From: Marsupella aquatica
Lineage: Eukaryota; Plantae; Marchantiophyta
NCBI GenBank assembly: GCA_973895155.1
Contig: OZ316892.1
Span: 30,014,932 to 30,078,931, forward strand
Direction: 5' to 3'
Length of the DNA stretch: 64,000 nt
Shown: positions 53,370 through 64,000 of the stretch, piece by piece
Numbering within the stretch: position 1 is the stretch's first letter
Layout of the letters: the number at the start of each line of letters is the position of its first letter
Made by a program: the position numbers and the translations under genes
The notes under the pieces: model-generated
Databases searched by the model: none
The model's input: the letters and a program-made list of their open reading frames with translations, nothing else
What the model was told of the DNA's origin: nothing

Positions 53370-53736
53370 AGATCGAGCGTTGCGCTACGAGGAGAGAAAT
53401 GTTAAAGTGAAGCTGCACTGCGGGCCCAGGAGTGCTAGAGATTTATGTTGAGGACTGAGGGCTGAATGCTGACCACACTATACTGGGGCGTGAGTTTACA
53501 TTGTGGTGCAAAGCTTGTGGGGGAAAGCGAGAAGCCGTCCGTTGAGCACTGGACTGTGCTCCAAGAGAGGATCGAGTTGGGGGTCAAAGCTGCATTGTGT
53601 AGGCAGGATTGTTGGTCCTTTGTGTTGCGCTGCAGGAAGGCAGAGGTAGTTCTTTTGTGTACGTAAGCTTCGTGTAAGCTGCTTGTTGTAGTTTCGATTG
53701 GGAGGCAGCTAGCATTGAACATTTTCGTACATTGCA

Positions 53737-54375
53737 ATGGCAAAAGTTGCAGATCATGATTCCGGCATTCAATTGTGGGCTGCATGTTGTGCATTTATGT
53801 GGTCTTTTCTTGGAGTCCTTATTGCCATTTTTGGCTTTATCCATGAAATGCTGGAGCGCTTACGCCCGGTCCCTGTTCTAGTTGAACTCCCGGTCCCGGT
53901 CCCTGTTCTTGCCGATGAATCAATTGCGACTCTAGTGGAAGGAGTCGAGCCTGTGCACAATGAAGAGCTGAGCGGAAATTTCCACAAGGATCAGCCCAAT
54001 CCTTCAATGTCTCCTACTTGTGGCAAGCCGAGTCCTTTCGTAGGTAGTGCAATCAGTACACCATACGATTGTAACCTGGGAATGAGCTCGAAGCAAAAAT
54101 GGTATGCAATGGACATAGGGAGAACTTGAAGAATATACAATACTTGGGAGGAGGCTGCCAAACAAGTGAATAGATATAGTGGGGCCAAACACAAGTCCTT
54201 TACGTCTCTGTTACTAGCAGAGAATTGGATGGATAGGGAGTTGGCTGCGACAGGAGACATTCCATACTCACGTCACAGGCAGAACATAGAATTCTTGGGA
54301 TTAGATGATGTCGGTCATCATGTTTATAGATGTGTGTGTTGCAGTGAGATATTTTGCGGAAATGGTGACATGTAA
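53737..54375 (+). pseudogene. MULE second gene: hydrophobic N-terminal helix + hybrid-binding (Cauli_VI-like) domain + C-terminal Cys cluster; one in-frame TGA at 54127-54129
   Basis: KWYAMDIGRT*RIYNTWEEAAKQVNRYSGAKHKSFTSLLLAENWM; ORFs 53737-54129 and 54166-54375 share a frame; ends HHVYRCVCCSEIFCGNGDM. Confidence 0.8.
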
Positions 54376-54533
54376 ACAGGGGACACCTTGTGATTGTCTC
54401 TCAATGTAATGTGTAGTTCCAATTTTGAAATAAATACCAGGAATTGTGTTTGCATGAAGTTGGCGAGCAATTACACTTGCACATTTATTGCAGCAACTCT
54501 ACCTGGCCAAAACTCTGAGTTCTCATAATCAAG

Positions 54534-57480
54534 CTATGGGCCAAATGCTCCCCCCTCGGCTCCACCTAGTACTTCTCTTGCTACCTCATTTGCAATGCTC
54601 ATGAAATAATCCATGTTACTAACTTGACTAGCTTCCTCATCTGAATCTATTGGATCCACATTGTCAGATTCATTAGAATTGTCATTGTCTGACAGTGGAA
54701 ATGGACCTGATGGGGATACCAACTGAGATATTGGTTGAGCACCATCACCTTGACCTCAACTATCTTCTGGAACTAATACTTGTGGAGTTGATCCTGCTGC
54801 TCTACTCAGAGGACAAGTTCTCTTGTTGTGGCCCACTTGACCACAAATAGAACATTTTGTCTTACCAGTATTTTGTTGAGGCCTCTTGGATGTCCCAGTT
54901 GTCCCTTGCCTTCCTCTCGGCATTGTTTGAGACCTACTTGTAGTTTGAGCAGTTTGCATGGGTGTCATCCTATGACTGTCATCTTGAATTGGAAATTGCC
55001 GGAACAAATTTCCCTCTGCATCCACATACTCATCCGCTGCAAGATCTTCTGTTGTGGATGATCTGTTGCCTCTCTCAATTCACACCACCCGATGCCTGCC
55101 TTTTTTCACTGCTGGAATAGGAGGGAGACAATGCTCTGATGGGTCCAAATCAGAAACCAGGAAACAAGGTACCTTAGGCTCATATAGATTTTGCAGCGAA
55201 GCTGTCTTCCAACAGTGGTGGAAGTGCTGAGTGAAGTCCTTACCATCTCTATCATACCACGCCATTAAGTGTTCACATGGCCATAGCATTTCTTGTAACT
55301 CCACACAAGTGCAAGTAAGTTTTGGTGAAAGTGTAACCAAATATTCCTCTTGTTGATCTGTGGTCTGTACTTTTGCTTGTCTGTCTCCATCATCTAGCAC
55401 TTGCCACTGTCCAAATGATCACAGGTTGGTTGTGTGTCGCTTGAATGCCTGTTGGCTATAAGTCTCTTTTCTGGTCACTGCAGCAGCTTTCTTGCTGTTG
55501 TAGTGCGTCTGGACATAATACCACAATTCCAATAACACTTTAAAAGGTGCGAACTCCCTGATGGGAAGCAAACCTGAGTTGGCTTGCTCCACAGGATTGC
55601 TAGTAACCTTTCCAAGATGGGGCAAAGGGAATGCATGCCTGGCATACAACTTCTCGTCCATGTCTCTAATATACTTCACTGCATCAGGCCCTTCTGTAAT
55701 GGATGCTGACAAGTGGTCCAATAATCTGTCAAACCTGCAATCCATGTGAATCACAATGTATAAGCGAACCCAATGTTTGTAAGATTTAGCCTTCCCTAGG
55801 TGCAATTGAAAGTATAAAAGTGCATTGTAGAAGACTGCAGCCTTACCGTCTCTTAGTGTTTGCATACACACAAGCTAGAAAGATTCATTCTGCTCCCTTG
55901 CCGTGATGTTTTTTCACATTGGCCCTCAAATGGTTTGCACAATGGACATGAACTTTCTGAGGGAACACATTGTGAACACCTGCTTGTAGGCCCTTCTGTC
56001 TATCGAAATGGATTGGAATAGAAGGGTCTGCTATGCCATAAATTGACATCTCCAGCAACCTCAAAAACCATGTCCAATTGTCAGTATTTTACACTGGAGC
56101 AATGCCATAACAAAGAATGTTAACTTGGGAGTTCCCATCAAGTGCTGTAGCTACAAAAAGTTGGATTGGGTACTTCCGATTCTTGGTGTGGCATGCATCA
56201 ATGCACACCACAGGTTGACTGTATTGCAAAGCTGTGCGGGTTGCAAAAGGGCATATGAAAGCTCGATTGAACACTCTATTGCCTTCCAGAGTAGACCAAT
56301 CCACTACACAGTTTGGATCAACATCCTTGATTCTGTCCAACAAGGATGGAATGAGGAGAAAACTTGCACGCTGACCACCAAGGTACCAATCTCGCACAAG
56401 GTCTCGAGCTTGCCACATCTGGTGGTAATTGCAGCTCTTTTTGTACTCCATCCTCAGTCCATTTAACATCTCTTTCACTGGCACTTGGACATTGAGCACT
56501 ACTCGAGGTGCAAGTGTCTCACCTAACCATGCTAATTTTTGGATAGGGCCTCGCCACTTATGCTTATATCCTGGACAAGTGTGTTGCAGATCACAAACTG
56601 TGATTGTGAATTTACCATCCTTCTAGCGTTGACATCTAACTCGAAATGGGCAGGGCTGAATGAGTTCAGTATTATCATTGTCTTATGGTGGCAAGAATCG
56701 ACACTGCTGTCCACATGCTCCTGTATGTGATTGCTTCCGGACCTTCTCCCTTCTTGTTGTTTGTGGAAAACTTGTTGGGATCCACTCCTGAGTGTGTGCA
56801 ACGTATGCCCTCCTGTGGTTTTGTGTATCCTGCAATTGGTGAACTGTATTGGCTTGTATTTCCTGCAATGGTGGTCTCGAATTCAAGGGCAATGGACTCT
56901 TTGTAATTTCCCCTGCATTTTCTTCACCACAATCTTCCTCTGATCCTGCCAAATGACTGAATTCAGCTTCATGGAGACCTGCAGTTTCAATCTCAGCATC
57001 CGGCCCAGAATTGAGACCTGCAGATTCAATCTCAGCATCTGGCCATTCATGGAGACCTGTAGTTTGAATCTCAGCATCCGGCCCAGAATTGAAATTGTTT
57101 CCTCTCCAACGAGGTCTGACATTAGCTCCAAATCTGCACACTCTAACTCTGTATTTGTATTTAGTCTTGAACCTGTGGCTCACCCTCCCATTCAACACAC
57201 TCCACGAATCCAACTAGCAATCAAATTCATCAAAAGTAGAGAAAGATTCTCCAACCCTAATACGACTAGCCTCTTGTTCTACTTCATGTGGGGACTTTCC
57301 TCTCAATAGTGGATTTCCTGGATCGATCTCAGAATTCCAAGCTGCAAAACGGCCCTGCACCTCATTGCTTGGAGGCAAGGGCAACCTCTCCTTGTCTGGG
57401 ATATGTAATGGGTAAGCATCCTCTCTGATCCAATCTGGCCCTACATTTGCTCCAAAGTCTTCTTCCAAGTCTTCTTCCAT
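54534..57480 (-). pseudogene. MuDR/MULE transposase with several premature stops
   Basis: GESFSTFDEF (MuDR N-domain), CPFRVRC...LQHTC, VVCIDACHTK...QLFVATALDGN, DRQKGL, HCANHL, SWIM CTCVELQEMLWPCEH, knuckle CSICGQVGHNKRTC; probable intron near 55737-55846. Confidence 0.93.
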
Positions 57481-57704
57481 CCTTGGTGCTATTGTTCTTT
57501 GGACACTCTGAATACGCAATATAGGGACTGTGCGTCGACTTCTGTACAGTGTATAAGCGAATCCAATTCTGCTAGTGCAATCGGCAATGGAGAGAGCGCA
57601 GCTCTTCAATCACAGAGTACTACACAGAGTGCAGCTGCTAAATCATCGCACCCTAAACTGAAACGTCTGGAATTGAAGCATTCAAATTACCCTAAATTGC
57701 AATT

Positions 57705-58082
57705 TTGACCAGCTTCGACCAGCTTCCACCTCCCAGCTTTGAATTAGCTTTGACCAGCCTTCGCCCAGCCTTCGACCAGCCCCTCCAGCAGCTTCAACCT
57801 CAACCAGCTTCGACCAGCCCCTCCACCAGCTTCAACCTCAACCAGCTTCGACCAGCTTTGGCCTACTTCGACCTCAACCAGCTTCGACCAGCCTTTGACC
57901 AGACTCAACCAGCTTCGACCTCGACCAGATTAAACCAGCTGCAATAAATCCTTCGACCAGCTTCCACCTCGACCTTCGACCAGCTTTGACCTTCGACCAG
58001 CCTTCAACCATCCTTCAACCTCAGCCTTGGACCAGCTTAGACCAGCTCTTCAAACTCCAGCTTTGACCAGCTTCGACCTCAG
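57705..58082. repeat. Degenerate minisatellite (CTTCGACCAG / CTTCGACCTCAACCAG units)
   Basis: Many imperfect copies between the right TIR and the transposase start. Confidence 0.85.
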
Positions 58083-58877
58083 CACATTGCTTCCATGCAC
58101 AGTGTCCCGAGCAGTGTACGTACGCAAATGTGTTCTCATTCTGTCCCAAGGGACCCCACGTTTTGCTTGGGAGAACCTTGGTCATGGGCAGGGAGGAAAC
58201 AGGATGTTATGACCCTCGCCCCCACCCTCACTCTTTTTCCCCCTCTCACCCGCGTCCGCTGCCTGCAGAAGTCCTGACAACCCGGTTTTTTCACAGAATA
58301 CCCATTTCAACATACTTTTGGGGTCCCACCGAGTGATTCCAGACTTAGTGGGTCTGGTTAAGTTGGAAGCTTTTGCCTGGGGTCCCACCAAGCAAATCTC
58401 TCTGCACATAAGGTACAAGAGTAAAAGTACATATGTAAAGAAAAGTAATAATGAACAGGAAAAATTTAAGTCTATGGTATTGGGTTCTAGATTGGGTTCT
58501 GCACATTCTATACACCAGTAAAGATACTTATGTACTTATCTTAGGTAATGACACTCAAATAAATTAAAACCATAAATTTAGGACACAAAACCATGAGGAG
58601 TGCACTTTAATTAGATCATTTCTTCTTCACTCATCATAATAAGGGCTAGAACTTCCCTGAGCTTTGTTAAAGGGTGGATGATCAAAAGTATAGCAAAGAT
58701 TGAAAAATTTAGAGGGGTGCCAGTTTAAATTCAAAATCTAAAGTATACAAGGGATGCACCTTGGTAAGACACATTGAATTAAAATACACAAGAAAAGAAG
58801 TTTGAATAAGACAAAATACTGAAAGATGGATTCACCTTATACCATTCACCATATACCAGTTTCACCAGTTTCATTCG

Positions 58878-61800
58878 GAGTGATGCAGACCATTGTGGCT
58901 GTTGAGAATCCTCAAGACATGTTCAGATCGGAGTTGCTCTTCTGAAGGATGCCATAGAGCGAAGACATATATCGTACATGAGGTTTAGGTGAGATTTCTA
59001 CAATGACTCTCAACATTATCTCCAAGCAGGTCTATTACAAGTATACATCGCGATATTATAACCAACACGTGTTGAGTACTCACCTCATTCTTCAGAAATC
59101 GCAAAAAAGTCATCGTCAAGACACAAGCGTTTTGCATCTTCGCAGCTACCACCATTCTTTGCTTTCTTTATTGCATTGAGCATTGATTCGAGTTCTTCAA
59201 GATGCAATAAATTCTTTTCTATTTTTCTCCATAACAACTGGGTTGCGCTAAGTTCTCCTTAACGGTTTCCAGTGTAATCTTCTGTGACGCTCGCCTCAAT
59301 TGGATCAGCAGCAACACGGTTTTGAGGACACTGTTGTAAGACGGGAGGCAATCAATCCTCAGTCAAATCGCAGAGAATCCTCAGGACATCATCGTGCAGT
59401 CAGATCTCTTCTTTTACCTCACCTCAATTGGATCAGCGGCAACACGGTTTTGAGTAAACTGTTGTAAGACGAGAGGCAATCAATCCTCAGTCAAATCGCA
59501 GTTCTTTTTTGGAATAGCTCAGCTCAGCTCGGCTCACTTAACTTGGTTCAGTCCAGCTGAATTCCGAGTGACAGGTCAAGGTTTGTGCGAGAAAATTCAG
59601 GGAGAGATCAGGGTTTAACACTGCCGCCTTCTCAGGGTTCCTCCTCCTCGCCACCAGGATCTCAACATGAATCCGCGATAGCTATCCCTAATCCTGGGCT
59701 GTCGCAAGCTAACAATGCTTGTAGCATCCGCAATATGCTAAGAATTTTACGTCGTGGCTCATTGTTTAATGTCGCTTTAGTTGCTTTTCGGGGAGTTGGT
59801 ACCAAGCTGTGTGTAGGAGCTTCTTTAATTTGCCCATCACAATCTAGATCAATTTTGTGCCCACCTTCATCAACTTGTGTATTCTGAAAAAATAGTCGAG
59901 ACTTCTGCCCAATTTGCTACTTACACAGTCTGGTCTTACACATTTTTTTTTAATAAATGTCGGTCAATTTTCGTGTTTTACGCAAGACAATTTCGTTCGA
60001 AATAGTCCTTTCTTGGAGGTCAATAAACAAGAGCACTCGCGCCAAAGGTTTCATAGGGCAATGTCCAGGTATGGCGGTGGTTGCTTTGGGATTGGAAAGG
60101 AACAATTTCTCATACGTTTTCCTCTCAAAACGTGTAGTTTGGATGGCAATCTTAAAGAGTACAACAATCATTAATTTTTAATGCAGGAGGAAGTGATCCT
60201 GGAGAAGATACTGCTGCTGCTATGCTTCTAGGGGTACCTCCAACTATACGTTGAGCTCAATTCCTCTGCCCAGGTAAGGTATTCCCAACAGAGCCTTCGC
60301 CTAGTGAATTTTATTTCCCTAGTCGAAGGGAAAGGAAAGATAAGACTTGAAATTTGAGGTCTCTGCAAGATTGCCCTACTTAGACTGATTTGAACGTTTG
60401 TCAAATAGAAAAGATAATATTTCTCACAACTGTACTATTAAGCTCTCTATTCCCGGCACGGGAACGGAGTTGACTCGATGGAAATTTTGGATATGGACCG
60501 TTTTAGGCAACAATCCACGGCCAGGTATGATCAATTTTGTAGGCTGACGTTTTGTTGGATTATGATGTGACCAAAATACTTTGAATACATTCTCAACAAA
60601 GACGTTTGATTTGCAGAGTTCATCCTTCATCTTCCGGTTTGATTGGTATTGGCACCAGCCATTGTTCGTGTACAAGGCCTTCAGGTAGTAAGACTGAAGT
60701 GCGATATCAACGTCGTGATTACCTACTTTGAAACAAAAAACCCGTCTTCCAGCACCACAGTTTGACATTTAGAGTTGCATGAATTTCCTGCTATGTGACT
60801 TATGTGATGAAGACTTGAATTTCAAGTTTGATCCTCTTCTCGACTCCAAAGAAGCACAGGGAAGAGGCGCTGTCACATTCATGTCATATATGTCTACTCT
60901 CAATGGATTCGATATAGATAATTCAAATAATGCTGGATGGCTTTATTTCTGAATTATAGGAGAGGAGCGCTTTCACATTCATGTCATCTTTGTCTAATCT
61001 TAAAAAATGTAAAAGACAATCTTACCTCTGAAATTGTATACTCTTTTCATAAACTTGAGATCTTTCAGCCAGGTTATAATTATAATTAGAAGTTGTAGGC
61101 AACTTACAAATGAACGCCTGTCAAGGTGCCTTAAGAATCTATCCTATAAACAAACCAAGGATACTGATTGATGAAGTTTTGTAGTGCCAATTCGATAAGC
61201 TCTTGACTCTGTCCCTTCTGTGCTTACAGTGATATACCGGACTACGAACGAATTATTCTTGAGCTACCTGGATATGCCTTTCACAATCATTTCAGTATTC
61301 TATTCTAAGATCATTGCATTGTTGACAGATAGCCGTTACTCTCAATTGACAAGTAGTCATACAACTTTTGCAAGTTATCTGTACCAAAGATCACAGCAGA
61401 GCAAGGAAGACAAGAAAGTACATCTCTGGACAGAGGTAGGCATGCCTTGTAGCCGTAGGACTCAAGAGACTGATAGATGTGCTCTTTATTTCTGAACATT
61501 TTATTGTAGAAATATCGTTGTTAAATATAGTCTTCAAGAAATAAATACAAATTCATTACACCTCGTGGAATCTCCTGGATTTTATCCTGGTATCAGTCAC
61601 GCTTTATAGATCTGATTGTGGGTGATGGTGCTGACAGAGGATGCCCAGAGCACCTGAGTTCAATCATTAGATGACAAGGAAAGCACTTTGGGTGGATGGA
61701 TGGTCAACTCCAGTATGGGTTAAGCCACGGGTGTATTTCATTACTCAATGCAGATCGCAATCTCGTGTTAGTTATGGCACTAGATATTGGTCTCAGCTCA

Positions 61801-64000
61801 CTGCACAAGGGAATGGCAGGAGGCACATGCATGATGCTGGTACCACAAGTGAAACAATTGCTGTTTTGAAGGATCGTCTACAGCAAGGCATTACTATAGA
61901 CTCGTACACATATGTTAAAGTTCTGCAAATGTGCTTGAAACAGGCAGACCTTTTAGCGGCCACGCAGGTGCATGACCACATCGTCCAGAGTGGAATGGAT
62001 AAGAATCTTTATGTGTCGGTAACCCTCCTGAATGTGTATATCAAATGTGGGGCATTGTTGGATGCACGTCGAGTTTTTGATCAACTTGAGAAGAAGAGTG
62101 TTATTACTTGGACCACATAATTGCAGGATATGCTAAGGGTGATCATGTTGAATCTGCACTAGAACTTTTCAATCAAATGCGCCAAGAAGGTGTGGAGCCT
62201 AATGAGATCACTTATCTGAGCATCCTGAAGGCACTTGCCAACCCATCAGCTCTAAAATGGGGAAAGGAAGTTCATGCAAACATTCGACATGCTGGCTTTG
62301 AATCAGATGTGCGTGTAGGGTCAGCCCTCCTACAGATGTATGCAAAATGTGGGTGCATCGCCGACGTAAGGAATGTTTTTGAGCAGTTGACGAATCGAAA
62401 TGTCATTACATGGACTGTCATAATTCGAGCATATGCAGAACGTGGTCATGGTGTGGAAGCATATCGACTGTTTCTCCAAATGCGACGGGAAGGCTTCGAA
62501 CCAAATGCATTCACTTATGTGAGCATTCTGAATGCCTCTGCAAGTGCGGGGGCTTTGAAGTGGGTGAAGGAGGTTCATGGCCATGCTAGCAAAGCGGGAC
62601 TGGAGTCGGATTTGTATGTGGGTAGTGCACTGGTTCACATGTATGCAAAGAGTGACAGTATAGATGACGCCCGACTTGTTTTCGACAGAATGGAGAAACG
62701 CAATGTAGTCACTTGGAATGTAATGATCGGTGGACTTGCACAACATCGATGTGGGCATGAAGCATATCGACTGTTCCTCCAAATGAGACGTGAAGGCTTC
62801 GAACCAAATGCAGTCACCTATGCGAGTATTCTCAATGCATCTGCAAGTGAGGGGGCTTTGGAATGGGTGCAGGAAGTTCATGGCCATGCTAGCAAAGCGG
62901 GACTGGAGTCAGATTTGCGTGTGGGCAATGCACTGGTTCACATGTACGCAGAGAGTGGCAGTATAGATGACGCCCGACTTGTTTTTGACAGAATTGAGAA
63001 CCGCAATGTAGTCACATGGAATGTAATGATCGGTGGACTTGCACAACATGGATGTGGCCATGAAGCATATCGACTGTTTCTCCGAATGAGACGCGAGGGC
63101 TTCGAACCAAATGCAGTCACTTATGTGAGCATCCTGAATGCATCTGCAAGTGAGGGGGCTTTGGAGTGGGTGAAGGAAGTTCATGGCCATGCTAGCAAAG
63201 CGGGGCTGGAGTCAGATTTACTTGTCGGCAATGCACTGGTTCACATGTATGCAAAGAGTGGGAGTGTAGATGACGCCCGACTTGTTTTTGACAGTATGGA
63301 GAAGCGCAATGTACGCACATGGAATGTAATGATTGGTGGACTTGCGCAACATAGATGTGGCCATGATGCATATCGACTGTTTCTCCAAATGAGACGTGAA
63401 GGCTTCGAACCAGATGCATTCACTTATGCTAGTATTCTCAATGCATCTGCGAGTGAGGGGGCTTTGGAATGGGTTAAGGACGTGCATGGCCATGCTAGCA
63501 AAGCGGGCCTGGAGTCAGATTTGCGTGTGGGCACTGCGCTAATACATATGTATGGAGAGAGTGGTAGCATAGATGACGCCCGACTTGTTTTTGACAGAAT
63601 GGAGAAACGCGATGTAGTCACGTGGAATGTAATGATCGGTGGATTTGCACGACATGGATGTGGGCATGAAGCCGTGGAACTCTTTAGGAAAATGACTGCA
63701 GACGGAGAGAAGCCCGATAGATTTTCGTTCGTGGCAGTGTTGTCAGCCTGTTGTCACGGAGGCCTTGTTAATGATGGCCGTAGACTCTTTTCAGCTATGA
63801 AGCAGGATTATGGAATCGAGCCTCACATTGTGCATTATAACTGCCTGGTGGATCTTCTTGGGCGGGCTGGACAGTTGGAGGAAGCAGAGCTCGTCATTAG
63901 TGAGATGCCAATTGCACCAAATGGTGTAACTTGGAAGGCCTTGCTTGGGGCTTGTAAAACTTACGGTAACTTGGAGTTGGGGGAACTTGCTGCTAAAGAG
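58878..64000 (+). repeat. Right arm of the inverted segmental duplication
   Basis: Reverse complement of ~38056-42770, with local indels and a tandem duplication at 59295-59500. Confidence 0.9.
61671..64000 (+). pseudogene. Second PLS-class PPR gene (paralog of 37518-40064), frameshifted near 62117; runs off the window in the E1 motif
   Basis: MTRKALWVDGWS N-terminus matches the paralog; a 1-bp deletion (TGGACCAC-ATAATT) gives TAA at 62118-62120; the shifted frame stays open to 64000; 20 P/L/S motifs. Confidence 0.88.

Larger units (their letters stand above)
48707..58402 (-). mobile_element. Mutator-like DNA transposon (MULE), 9.7 kb including nested insertions
   Basis: TIRs GAGAGATTTGCTTG... 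/ ...CAAGCAAATCTCTC (~300 bp; left TIR split into 48707-48969 and 52992-53060; right TIR ~58100-58402); 10-bp TSD TGCACAGAAG / TGCACATAAG; MuDR-type transposase inside. Confidence 0.95.

Noticed and set aside
62330-63621. Repeated minus-strand ORFs (also + strand 38323-39344)
   Set aside because: Antisense shadows of the PPR repeats.

Overview
Nuclear genomic DNA from a land plant; the DYW-PPR repeat style resembles bryophyte editing factors, but the species cannot be fixed from sequence alone. Host genes are an intact six-coding-exon GAUT13/14-like galacturonosyltransferase (- strand, 533 aa) and a head-to-head pair of PLS-class PPR RNA-editing genes made by an inverted duplication. One PPR copy is an intact 848-aa DYW protein; the other is frameshifted, has an extra PLS triplet, differs in its RNA-code residues and runs off the window end. 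The rest is nested transposons: a full-length decayed Ty1/Copia, several solo LTRs, a 9.7-kb Mutator-like element (MULE), foldback elements, MITEs and LINE/SINE fragments. Two signals stand out. (1) A 4.0-kb TG...CA element with a 5-bp TSD but no second LTR, PBS, PPT or gag/pol looks like a giant solo LTR, and it carries a TATA-driven ~884-codon ORF inside it. (2) Two unrelated elements, the Copia and the MULE, each carry an opposite-strand accessory ORF with an RNase H1-type hybrid-binding (Cauli_VI) domain. All alignments and domain calls were made by eye and need HMM/BLAST confirmation.
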